NCBI GenBank assembly: GCA_026982355.1 | Contig: JALSHG010000067.1 | Location: 1 to 59,765 of the forward strand | Direction: 5' to 3' | Source of the DNA: Thermodesulfovibrio sp. | GTDB lineage: Bacteria > Nitrospirota > Thermodesulfovibrionia > UBA6902 | DNA: 59,765 nucleotides | In this document: positions 38,559-46,707 of the stretch, piece after piece | Position numbering within the stretch: the stretch's first letter is position 1 | Layout: each line of letters starts with the position of its first letter | The notes under the pieces: generated by a model | What the model saw: only the letters and a program-made list of their open reading frames with translations | Databases searched by the model: none | Told to the model about the DNA's origin: nothing | Position numbers and translations under genes: made by a program

Positions 38559-39814
38559 ACGCTCCTCCTCTTTTTCCTTGATGCCGTGGGGAGGAGTATG
38601 TCCATGATATCATCAATGGTTACAATGCCGAGAAGGTCACCCTCGTCATCCACCACTGGCAGGGCCAGCAGGTTGTATTTGGATATGATCTCTGCAACCA
38701 CCTGCTGGTCGGCATCGGGTGAGACCGTCTTGAGCTTGCTCTCCATAATCCCGGATAAGGTCATCTGGGGAGAGTGAAGCAGCATATCCTTTAACGTTGT
38801 AACACCTGTGAGCCTCTCCCCCTCGGTTATGTATATGTAGTAGACTGTCTCAACCTCGTGGGCATCGAGTTTGAACCTCTCAAGGGCCTCCTGTATTGTC
38901 AGCCCCGGCGGATAGGATATGAACTGGTTTGTCATGAGCCCGCCGGCGGTGTCTTCCTCGTGTGCAAGCAGTTCCTGAATATCCTCGGCCTCTTCCTTTT
39001 CAATGGACTCGAGGATTTCCCTGGCCTTGTCCGACTCGAGGTCTGCAAGCAGGTCCGCCGCCTCGTCGGGGGGCATCCTTTCGACTATCCGGGGCGCATA
39101 GTCCTTGTCAAGGCTGTCTATTATGGACTTCTGTATATCGGGTTCAAGCTCGTGAAGCGTCTCCGCGGCCACGTTGGGGTCGAGTTTGTTGAAAAGGGCC
39201 GCTCCCTGATCAAGGGGGGCCTCGCTTATAATATCCGCTATGTCGGAAGGGTGCAGCGCGGAGATCATCTGGCGCGGAACCGTAAGCGATATGGTTGAAA
39301 GCCTCGGCTCCAGGGGCTGGATGTAGTTCCAGCTTATTATATTGTGAGGGAGGGTCTTTCCGAATAACCTGTACAGGTTTTCGCTTCTGCGCTCTATTCC
39401 CAGGCGCCGCAGCAGGCCTCTTATACCAATGTCGACCCCGCTTACACAGGCATAATCGTCCTTGCCTTCCAGCTTCACATCATTGACCCTCACGATCTTG
39501 GCGCCGTTTGCGTCCACGATCTGCTTGTCAAAGATATCGCGCCTGATGAGCAGGTCTTCCCCGGAGTCGTCATAACGACTTAACCTGCCGGCATAGATCT
39601 TGGAGGAGATAATGCGCTTGTTGAAGATGCCGACGTTCTCCCATTCAAGCAGGTACCGCTCCTTTTTCTCCTCTATGATGATGGCCGAGACCCGGGGCAG
39701 GGGCTCCCCCTTGACTACAATGAAATCCTTCACCATGCCGAGTTCATCCCCCCTGGGGTCGAGAACGGGCTTTTTCAACAGCTCACTGACAAAGAGTTCG
39801 CCAAACAGGGGCAT
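38555..39814 (-). CDS. Soluble PRC-barrel / MgtE N-terminal / tandem CBS domain protein (no membrane domain)
   Basis: MgtE_N-like acidic helical region ('MPPDEAADLLADLESDKAREILE'), then two CBS motifs. Ends with an ATGA overlap onto the NRAMP start. Start set at the ATG at 39814. Confidence 0.75.
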   Translation of the reverse strand: MPLFGELFVSELLKKPVLDPRGDELGMVKDFIVVKGEPLPRVSAIIIEEKKERYLLEWENVGIFNKRIISSKIYAGRLSRYDDSGEDLLIRRDIFDKQIVDANGAKIVRVNDVKLEGKDDYACVSGVDIGIRGLLRRLGIERRSENLYRLFGKTLPHNIISWNYIQPLEPRLSTISLTVPRQMISALHPSDIADIISEAPLDQGAALFNKLDPNVAAETLHELEPDIQKSIIDSLDKDYAPRIVERMPPDEAADLLADLESDKAREILESIEKEEAEDIQELLAHEEDTAGGLMTNQFISYPPGLTIQEALERFKLDAHEVETVYYIYITEGERLTGVTTLKDMLLHSPQMTLSGIMESKLKTVSPDADQQVVAEIISKYNLLALPVVDDEGDLLGIVTIDDIMDILLPTASRKKRRSV

Positions 39815-40239
39815 GAACACCTCCGGCCTGAATATTATGAACAAGATTCTACATTCTAACCTTGAAGTATACCCAAGGGAAGAAAGTTTCAGCAACCTCC
39901 AGCAATTCACGGTGAATGCAAAGAAATGAGCTGTAAGCACATCGAGTGCTTATCATTTCAGTAATATTCCCGGTTTCAGGAAATGCTCGTTTCTTATTCT
40001 TTAAGATGAAGACCATCTGAATGAAATGCCCCCCGTCTGCGTGTAATGCACAGGCAGACGTCAAGGGGGAGGCTGTTACCTGTAATCTTGACGTAGCCCT
40101 GCCGCCCCACGGAGGAAAAGGGCAAGCGCGGAGGGGTTGCTAATTTATCTAATAAAGCTATAAATCTGTTGAATTAGAGCATAACTTATTGCTATTATTT
40201 ATAAACCTTAAAATCAGGCCGGTTTGTTACCAGGGAAAA

Positions 40240-41199
40240 ATGGATATTCAGAGAAATATTTCACCTTTATTTTTATGTCTGGTGGCGTTCGCCGTCCTGT
40301 ATCCCTCTTTTTTAATACCACGGGATGCCCGTGCCCAGACCATATCCACGCCGGCGATCTTCGAAGGTGTTATTGATAAAGACGAAGAGGGAGGGGCCAT
40401 GTCCCTTCCCTCTTTCGTGCTGGCAGAGCCGGTGAGGAAAGAGATTTATGTCATAGACAGCAAGGCCAGAATCATCATATACACATCGGATTTCTTTCCC
40501 CTTTATACCCTCGGACAGGAGAGCGGCATTGAAAAACCGCAGGGCCTGGCAGTCGACGGCGACGGCACCCTGTACGTGGCCCAGCCCGCATCTGAAGGCA
40601 ATCCGCACAACAGGATTTCGGTCTTCAGCCCGTGCCTTAAATGGAAGCGTGATATTATTCTCAAGGGATTCGAGGGGGATGACACCTTCTACCCTTACCG
40701 TGTGGCAAGGGATAAAAACGGAAATATGTATGTCGCGGGCCTGTCTTTTCCGGGGGTGCTCGTGCTGGACGCCGATGAGCGTTTCACGGACATGATAATC
40801 CCGGAGGAAGACGGGAAAAAGGTGAAATTAAACGACGTGGTCCTCGATAAGAAAGGAAGGATATATCTCGTAAGCGAGGATACGGGGCATGTCTATGTTT
40901 ATGACGGCAACAGGAAATTCCTCTTTAAATTCGGTGAAAAGGGGGGGAGCTCCGGCAAGCTGAGCCGTCCGAGGGCCATAGGCATTGATGGGCGCAACGG
41001 CAGAATGTATGTGGTGGACTATATGCGCCATACGATCCTCGTGTATGACAGCGAAGGCAGGTATGTGTTTGAATTCGGCGGAATGGGCTGGGGGGAAGGA
41101 TGGTTCCAGTATCCCACGGACCTCGCGGTCGATTCGGAAGGCAGGATACTGATTGCGGATTTCTTTAATAACAGGATACAGGTGTTCTATCTCCGGTAG
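40240..41199 (+). CDS. Secreted NHL-repeat beta-propeller protein
   Basis: Signal peptide 'MDIQRNISPLFLCLVAFAVLYP...ARAQ'. Repeated 'G.(L/I/M)YV(A/V)D..N..I.V(F/Y)' units such as 'RMYVVDYMRHTILVYDSEGRYVFEFG' and 'ILIADFFNNRIQVF'. Confidence 0.8.
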   Translation: MDIQRNISPLFLCLVAFAVLYPSFLIPRDARAQTISTPAIFEGVIDKDEEGGAMSLPSFVLAEPVRKEIYVIDSKARIIIYTSDFFPLYTLGQESGIEKPQGLAVDGDGTLYVAQPASEGNPHNRISVFSPCLKWKRDIILKGFEGDDTFYPYRVARDKNGNMYVAGLSFPGVLVLDADERFTDMIIPEEDGKKVKLNDVVLDKKGRIYLVSEDTGHVYVYDGNRKFLFKFGEKGGSSGKLSRPRAIGIDGRNGRMYVVDYMRHTILVYDSEGRYVFEFGGMGWGEGWFQYPTDLAVDSEGRILIADFFNNRIQVFYLR

Positions 41200-41210
41200 T
41201 TGAATCCCGG

Positions 41211-41293
41211 GCATTGCATAAACGGGCAGGAGAGCCCGCCGGAAGACCGGCGGGCTCTCCTGCCCCTTGGCGATACTGTAATGCAACTGTAAG
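41211..41293. repeat. Palindromic intergenic repeat with a perfect 19-bp core hairpin, inside the cytochrome locus
   Basis: 'GCATTGCATAAAC-GGGCAGGAGAGCCCGCCGG-AAGA-CCGGCGGGCTCTCCTGCCC-CTTGGCGATACTGTAATGCAACTGTAAG'. The hairpin spans 41224-41265, between the NHL and YVTN genes. Confidence 0.8.
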
Positions 41294-42901
41294 ATGATCA
41301 TGAATAAAAGGAAGCAGAAAACTTTATCTTTTCTTTTTCGCCGCTCTCCCTATTCAGGTTTCTGTTTTATTCTGTTGTTAGCCTTTCTGGCGGGATGCAC
41401 TGCATTCGTGGAACGGGAGAGCCCCGCCGAACAGGCCTACAGGGGACAGATCGACATCTTTCTGAAAGGCCCCGACAAGCCCGCACTCGACATAACATTC
41501 GATCTCTCGGCGGTAAACATCGTCTCGGAGGACGGAACCCCGTACGAAGTCATGCATTCGCCGGTTAGCATTAACTCCATCGCGGCCGCCGGCCGGCAGA
41601 TTCTCCTGGCAGAGCAGACCCTGCCGGAGGGTGGATACAGGAGCCTCCGCCTGATTGTCAGTGGGGCATATCTCGTTAAAGACGGCAGACGCACAGACCT
41701 GTCACTGCCTCCGGAAGGGATAGAGGCGGACATAGACATAAGGATACGGAGAAACCGCAACACTTCCCTTTTCCTGGCCTGGAATGCTGACGCCTCTGTT
41801 GCCGGGGACCGCGTTTTCAGGCCGGTGTTTTCCGTTAAGGGCCGCGTGCCGGAGTTGAGTTCCCTGCTTATATATGTAACCAATGAGGGCTCTGATAATG
41901 TCTCGGTGATCAACAGGGAATCGGCGGAGGTGGTAGCCACCGTAATGGTGGGGAGGCGGCCCAGGGGTATCGCGGCGGGCCTTATAAAAGAGCGGATGAG
42001 GATCTATGTGGCCAACTCGGGCTCAAACAGCATTTCCGTGATTGATGCCGCCACAAACAAGGTGGAGGACGAGATACCGGTGAGGCTGGGCTGGGAGCCG
42101 GTTGACATAGCGGTCTCGAGGGTGGCTCCGGGGAAAGAGCTGCTGTTCGTGACCAATTACAGGTCCAACTCACTGTCCGTTATTGATTCCTCATCCGTTC
42201 ATGAGACGGACAACGTAAATACAGGAGACGGTCCCGTGGCCGTGGCCGTGGACCCGCCCGTGGAAAGCCTGTTCGGCGCCGGTTTCCTGAGTGCCGCGGA
42301 CATTGATCTTTTACGCTCCTACCGCAAGAGATTCCTCAATGTGTATGTGGCAAACGAAAAGTCCAATGACGTTTCAGTCTTCAGAATGGACGTCCAGAAT
42401 AACAGCATCGAAGAGCTTGCAAGGCTCCGGGTGGGATGGGGCCCTGATGCAATAGCAGTGGATTATCCAAGGGGCAGGGTCTATGTTGCAAATTATGATT
42501 CCGACAGCCTCTCCGTCATAGATATACTGCAGGTCATCAGGGACGGCGGTTCTGATGCAGTAAGTGTCATCAACAATGTCGGGACCTCGGTAACAGGGGT
42601 TATTGCAGACCCCGACTTTGAGAGGATATATCTTTTAAGGAAGGTGCCGGGTGAAATAACCATCATCCGGCCGTTCAAGAGAGGATTTAACACCCCCGAT
42701 GCAACGATGGTGCCGGTGACGGGTATCATCCCGGTGGGGGATTCCCCGGTATCTTTTGTCCTCGGTCCCGAGTCACGGAAGCTTTACGTGGTAAACAGGG
42801 GATCGAATAACATCTCGGTGGTCGACAAGACCGCCAGAAAGGAAGAACAGGTTATACCCGTGGGCAGGAAACCCTATGACATAGCGGTATTTCAGAGGTG
42901 A
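41294..42901 (+). CDS. Lipoprotein with an N-terminal DUF4382-like domain and a YVTN-family beta-propeller
   Basis: Lipobox 'LLAFLAGC' and 'LPEGGYRSLRLIV...LSLPPEGIE' (DUF4382-like). Six units of the kind 'YVTNEGSDNVSVI', 'YVANSGSNSISVID', 'FVTNYRSNSLSVID', 'YVANEKSNDVSVF', 'YVANYDSDSLSVID' and 'YVVNRGSNNISVVD'. Confidence 0.8.
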   Translation: MIMNKRKQKTLSFLFRRSPYSGFCFILLLAFLAGCTAFVERESPAEQAYRGQIDIFLKGPDKPALDITFDLSAVNIVSEDGTPYEVMHSPVSINSIAAAGRQILLAEQTLPEGGYRSLRLIVSGAYLVKDGRRTDLSLPPEGIEADIDIRIRRNRNTSLFLAWNADASVAGDRVFRPVFSVKGRVPELSSLLIYVTNEGSDNVSVINRESAEVVATVMVGRRPRGIAAGLIKERMRIYVANSGSNSISVIDAATNKVEDEIPVRLGWEPVDIAVSRVAPGKELLFVTNYRSNSLSVIDSSSVHETDNVNTGDGPVAVAVDPPVESLFGAGFLSAADIDLLRSYRKRFLNVYVANEKSNDVSVFRMDVQNNSIEELARLRVGWGPDAIAVDYPRGRVYVANYDSDSLSVIDILQVIRDGGSDAVSVINNVGTSVTGVIADPDFERIYLLRKVPGEITIIRPFKRGFNTPDATMVPVTGIIPVGDSPVSFVLGPESRKLYVVNRGSNNISVVDKTARKEEQVIPVGRKPYDIAVFQR

Positions 42902-42984
42902 TGCAGCAACCCGTATCAGCCTTGATGTTTCACGCAACACCACAGGCGGCCCTGCCGCAAAACCTTTTCAATGCGAACTGACAG

Positions 42985-45204
42985 ATGATGGCGAAAACTT
43001 CATGGAAGACTGTTCTTTTGCTCATGGTGATTCTGTTAACCAACCCGTTGGTCTTTGCCGGTGACACAGGGGGGTCGGCGGATTTAAACTATACCGCCAC
43101 AAGACAACTGGAGGAAGGCACGAAGACATCGGAAAAGGACAGCTTCAGCCAGGATTACAACCTGGGCATGGACAGCCGGATCAATCCGCTGATCTCGTAC
43201 AGGTTATCATTGCGGGCAAGATTCTCGGATAGCACCACCGAGTCCGACGGCAGCACCGCAAAGTCGTTCTACAGGATTGTGGACCCCGGGATGGATGTGT
43301 TTTTTGAGAATCCCCTGTTTGATTTCGAGGGGGGCTACCGCAGGCGGGAACAGTGGACGCATTCCGCGGGTGAGGGCAGAAGGACCACGGAAGACTACTA
43401 CTCACGCCTCGGGATAGTCACTTATTACTTTCCCACTTTGTCGCTTCAGTTCAACAGGCGGAAAAATGAAACAGACACGGGCTACACCACCGCCACAGGG
43501 TATTCGGTGAGTTCGGCATACATCCTGCCATCTGAAGATGTAAGGTTGTCGCTGCACGGTTCCTATACACGCAATATAAACGAGGCGCCGCATGCAAATA
43601 TCCATAAATCAATAAACGACACCTTCAGCAGCGGTTATAACATTGGTTATGCCGGTTCCCTGTGGAACGGCAGGGCGAGCTACTCCGTGAGTTACAAGGG
43701 CAGCTTTAACTGGAACAAAACCAGGCAGTACGTGACCGAGGAGGGCACTGTACTCACGAGGCGGACGGCCCTTGCGGGACTGTATGCACAGGGGAGCCCG
43801 GGAAATGAGGATGTGGGAGAGTTGTCGCTGAAGTCGTCACTGGTGAATGAAGAGCTGGTTTCGGCTACCAGCATCGACCTGAGCACCGCTGAGTTTCATA
43901 ATATCGGCATCCATGTCTCACCGGCAGGTCCAGTGGACAGGATATTCATCTACGTGAATGCCGATGTAAGCGCTGACAGCAATCTTAATACAACAACCAG
44001 TTGGAGGCTCCTCAGAAGCGACTTCAACCAGACGGGCACGTGGACTGAGAAACCCATTAAGTCCGTGACGGTGACTTCCTATGACACCCCGAATAACATA
44101 TACCGCTACGAGATAGAGTTTTCGGCCCCGCAGAGTGCGTCTTACTTCAAAGTCATCAACCTGAAGACCTCCGGCGTGTCGGGTGTATCCGTAACAGAGA
44201 TCGAGGCCTACGGCACGGACAGCACGGACAGCCTTACAACAGAGTCTGAATACTTCTCACAGGGTTTGAATTTCAGTGCAAGCGCACGACCCCTGGACAA
44301 ACTCCTTTTCTCCGTGACCTATTCCATAACGAGGACGGATCAGAACCCCGATTCAGCGCCCGCCTCTGTCGGCGGCATGTTTTCGAACATATTCGACAAG
44401 TCCGTCTCGGGGGAAAAGGAGGACTTCAGCTGCAATATACAGAGAAGCTACAGCGCCGGCGCAACCTGGATGGCCCACAGGCTGCTTACCACTTCACTGG
44501 GGGTTCAGCGCACCGAGACTTTTAACGATACCGGGACCACGGACATGGATTACAACACCTACTCGCTGTCTTTCAGTTCATCGCCGGCGCCCACAGTTGA
44601 TGCAAACCTCTCCCTGATCAGGAGCGACAGGTTTGACTCCGGAGAGAGGTCATCGACGGACAATACAGTCCTGTTAAGCGTCGGTTCCAGACTGTACAGG
44701 TACGTCACCATGATTACCGACGCAGGATATACCCTGACGGATTCTTTTGCAAGCGACACGCAGTCGTCCAGCCGGTTTATCAACGGCTCCCTTGACGTGG
44801 ACTTTACGCGCAGGATGACAGGCACCTTCAGGTACGGTTTTTTCTCATCAAGGGCCGACGGTTCATCCAGCGACTCCAAAAAGGGGGCGGCGGTCATTAC
44901 TTACCGGCCTGCCCGCCTGGTCAACCTCTCCGGGAGGTTCGAGGTATCGGACTCCGACGGGGATACGGTTACAACAGAGGGAGTGACAGTGAACCTGTAT
45001 CCCCTTCCGGTGATACAGGTGAACATGGATTACCGTCATGACAATTTTTCCGGCTCGGGAACGAGAGACAGGCTGGGCGGTTCTTTAACCTGGGTTGTAA
45101 CAAAATTCATCAGGGCCAGGATAAACTACAACTATGCGCGGGATATGCGCGAGGAAAAGGCCGAAAACCACACCATGAACGCAAATCTGAACATGAGATT
45201 CTGA
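42985..45204 (+). CDS. Large outer-membrane beta-barrel protein with a central discoidin (F5/8 type C)-like insert
   Basis: Signal peptide '...LTNPLVFA/GD'. Ser/Thr/Tyr/Gly/Asn-rich alternating strands and a C-terminal '...NANLNMRF' ending in Phe, which is an OMP signature. Residues ~290-412 end in 'YFKVINLKTSGVSGVSVTEIEAYG', resembling the end of a discoidin domain. Confidence 0.65.
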   Translation: MMAKTSWKTVLLLMVILLTNPLVFAGDTGGSADLNYTATRQLEEGTKTSEKDSFSQDYNLGMDSRINPLISYRLSLRARFSDSTTESDGSTAKSFYRIVDPGMDVFFENPLFDFEGGYRRREQWTHSAGEGRRTTEDYYSRLGIVTYYFPTLSLQFNRRKNETDTGYTTATGYSVSSAYILPSEDVRLSLHGSYTRNINEAPHANIHKSINDTFSSGYNIGYAGSLWNGRASYSVSYKGSFNWNKTRQYVTEEGTVLTRRTALAGLYAQGSPGNEDVGELSLKSSLVNEELVSATSIDLSTAEFHNIGIHVSPAGPVDRIFIYVNADVSADSNLNTTTSWRLLRSDFNQTGTWTEKPIKSVTVTSYDTPNNIYRYEIEFSAPQSASYFKVINLKTSGVSGVSVTEIEAYGTDSTDSLTTESEYFSQGLNFSASARPLDKLLFSVTYSITRTDQNPDSAPASVGGMFSNIFDKSVSGEKEDFSCNIQRSYSAGATWMAHRLLTTSLGVQRTETFNDTGTTDMDYNTYSLSFSSSPAPTVDANLSLIRSDRFDSGERSSTDNTVLLSVGSRLYRYVTMITDAGYTLTDSFASDTQSSSRFINGSLDVDFTRRMTGTFRYGFFSSRADGSSSDSKKGAAVITYRPARLVNLSGRFEVSDSDGDTVTTEGVTVNLYPLPVIQVNMDYRHDNFSGSGTRDRLGGSLTWVVTKFIRARINYNYARDMREEKAENHTMNANLNMRF

Positions 45205-45251
45205 GCCTGCTTGAAAATTGCGGCGCAAACAGGTATCTTGTATAGGGTTGG

Positions 45252-45297
45252 ATTTAATGATGCATAACCCCGCGATAATTTTTTATGCCGCTGTTGA
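45252..45297. repeat. Palindromic intergenic repeat, short form, degenerate, inverted orientation
   Basis: 'ATTTAATGATGCATAACCCCGCGATAATTTTTTATGCCGCTGTTGAG' resembles the 20379-20429 copy. Lies between the OMP and the first lipoprotein gene. Confidence 0.5.
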
Positions 45298-45339
45298 GTG
45301 AAGGTTGAAAACCGCAGCGTGTTAACTTTGAATGTCGAT

Positions 45340-45927
45340 ATGTCGGGAAAAAATCGCAGGACATTCGTTTCCGTATTGGTGGCCGCCGTATCCATGCTTG
45401 TTTTCATCTATGGATGCAGCGCCGCGAAGAACTACACGAGTTACATCAGGCCGCAGTTTGATATTGCCGGTGTTAAGGAAATAGCAGTGTTGCCCTTTGA
45501 AAACTACACGTCCGGGTCTTATGCCGCTGAAAGAGTCAGAAGGGCCGTTATGATAGAACTCATGTCAAAGGGCATTGAAGTTACGGAGCCGGGCGAGATC
45601 ACGGCTGTTTTAAGAAAACAGAGGATAAGGTCCGTCCGAAATATAACGGTTGAAAACATACGGAACATCGGAGAGGCCCTTGGTGTGGATGCGGTCATGA
45701 AGGGGTCGGTAGGGGCATTCGGGATCAGCAAGGGCATATCCGTAACATATCCCGACGTCTCCGTTAATCTGACGCTTATCGAGCCGGAGTCCGGCAATAT
45801 TGTCTGGGCGGCCTCGAACACCTCGGGCGGCCCCGGTTTCTGGACCAGGCATTTCGGAGCAGAGGGCCCCACACTGGATGAGGCCGCTGCAAGGGTGGTA
45901 AGAGAGGCGCTGGATACATTGTTTTAA
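45340..45927 (+). CDS. Lipoprotein, TolB-N/LpoB/CsgG-like alpha/beta domain (paralogue 1)
   Basis: Lipobox 'LVFIYGC' and 'IAVLPFENYT' motif. Clearly paralogous to the next gene (PGEITAVL/PGEVTAAL; GSVGAFG/GSVQQYG; GNIVWAAS/GTILWSVT; 'RHFGA'). Confidence 0.6.
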   Translation: MSGKNRRTFVSVLVAAVSMLVFIYGCSAAKNYTSYIRPQFDIAGVKEIAVLPFENYTSGSYAAERVRRAVMIELMSKGIEVTEPGEITAVLRKQRIRSVRNITVENIRNIGEALGVDAVMKGSVGAFGISKGISVTYPDVSVNLTLIEPESGNIVWAASNTSGGPGFWTRHFGAEGPTLDEAAARVVREALDTLF

Positions 45928-46066
45928 CAGGCTGCGGGTGCGGTGTCCGGGCAGGCCGATAAAAAATTATAATAACCCGATAAATGCTGTCTGATAACCT
46001 CGTCTTTATGATAAAATAGAACGCTTGCTGAATTTGCAATCTTAAACAGACCGGAAAAAAAACAAA

Positions 46067-46651
46067 ATGCGTTTAATCAAGAGCCTCATACTTATACCGG
46101 CAGTTATTATTATGTTGCTTTCTGTGGCAGGGTGCCACAGGAACAGCGTGCCTGTTTACTATATGCGCGAGGATGTGGACTTCAGTTTCATCAAAAAGGT
46201 GGCGGTGATGCCCCTGCAGAACCTGACCGATGAAAGATATGCGGATGAGATTGTAAGGCAGACGGTCATCAGCGAGTTGCTCGCATCGGGTCTTGTTGAT
46301 GTAACGATTCCCGGAGAGGTGACGGCCGCCCTGGAGAAATTGAATATCAAGTCAGATGCAGCCCTGAATCCTGACCAGATAAAACAGATAGGGGAAATGC
46401 TTGATGTCCAGGCACTTGTTCTGGGGTCGGTCCAGCAGTACGGTGAGGTGAAATCCGGCAGTGTCGCCGCGCCGGAAGTGACGATTACCCTGATGATGGC
46501 GGATGTAAACACAGGCACCATCCTGTGGTCGGTTACGGAAACGCTTGGAGGAAGCAGTTTCATGTCAAGGCATTTCGGGGCGAAATCCAAGACCATGAGC
46601 GAAACCGTCCTGGCAGTGGTAAGAAAGGCGCTGCTGACGTTTACCGAATAA
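46067..46651 (+). CDS. Lipoprotein, TolB-N/LpoB/CsgG-like alpha/beta domain (paralogue 2)
   Basis: Lipobox 'LLSVAGC' and 'VAVMPLQNLT'. Collinear with paralogue 1 along its whole length. Confidence 0.65.
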   Translation: MRLIKSLILIPAVIIMLLSVAGCHRNSVPVYYMREDVDFSFIKKVAVMPLQNLTDERYADEIVRQTVISELLASGLVDVTIPGEVTAALEKLNIKSDAALNPDQIKQIGEMLDVQALVLGSVQQYGEVKSGSVAAPEVTITLMMADVNTGTILWSVTETLGGSSFMSRHFGAKSKTMSETVLAVVRKALLTFTE

Positions 46652-46707
46652 AAGAATCACTTCCACCAGATTATGTCTTTCCCTGCACGTGTTTGTTTAT
46701 TTTGCCG

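Noticed and set aside
39815-40239. Mg2+ (M-box) or Mn2+ (yybP-ykoY) riboswitch in the leader of the MgtE-N/NRAMP operon
   Set aside because: Hairpins exist (CGTCTGC...GCAGACG at about 40035-40060; ACGTCAAG...CTTGACGT at about 40058-40095). A 'GGGGGAGG...CTTGACGTAG' stretch superficially recalls the yybP-ykoY conserved blocks. However, it is on the wrong strand for that operon, the spacing is far too short, and the M-box 'GGUGAGGCU' core is absent.
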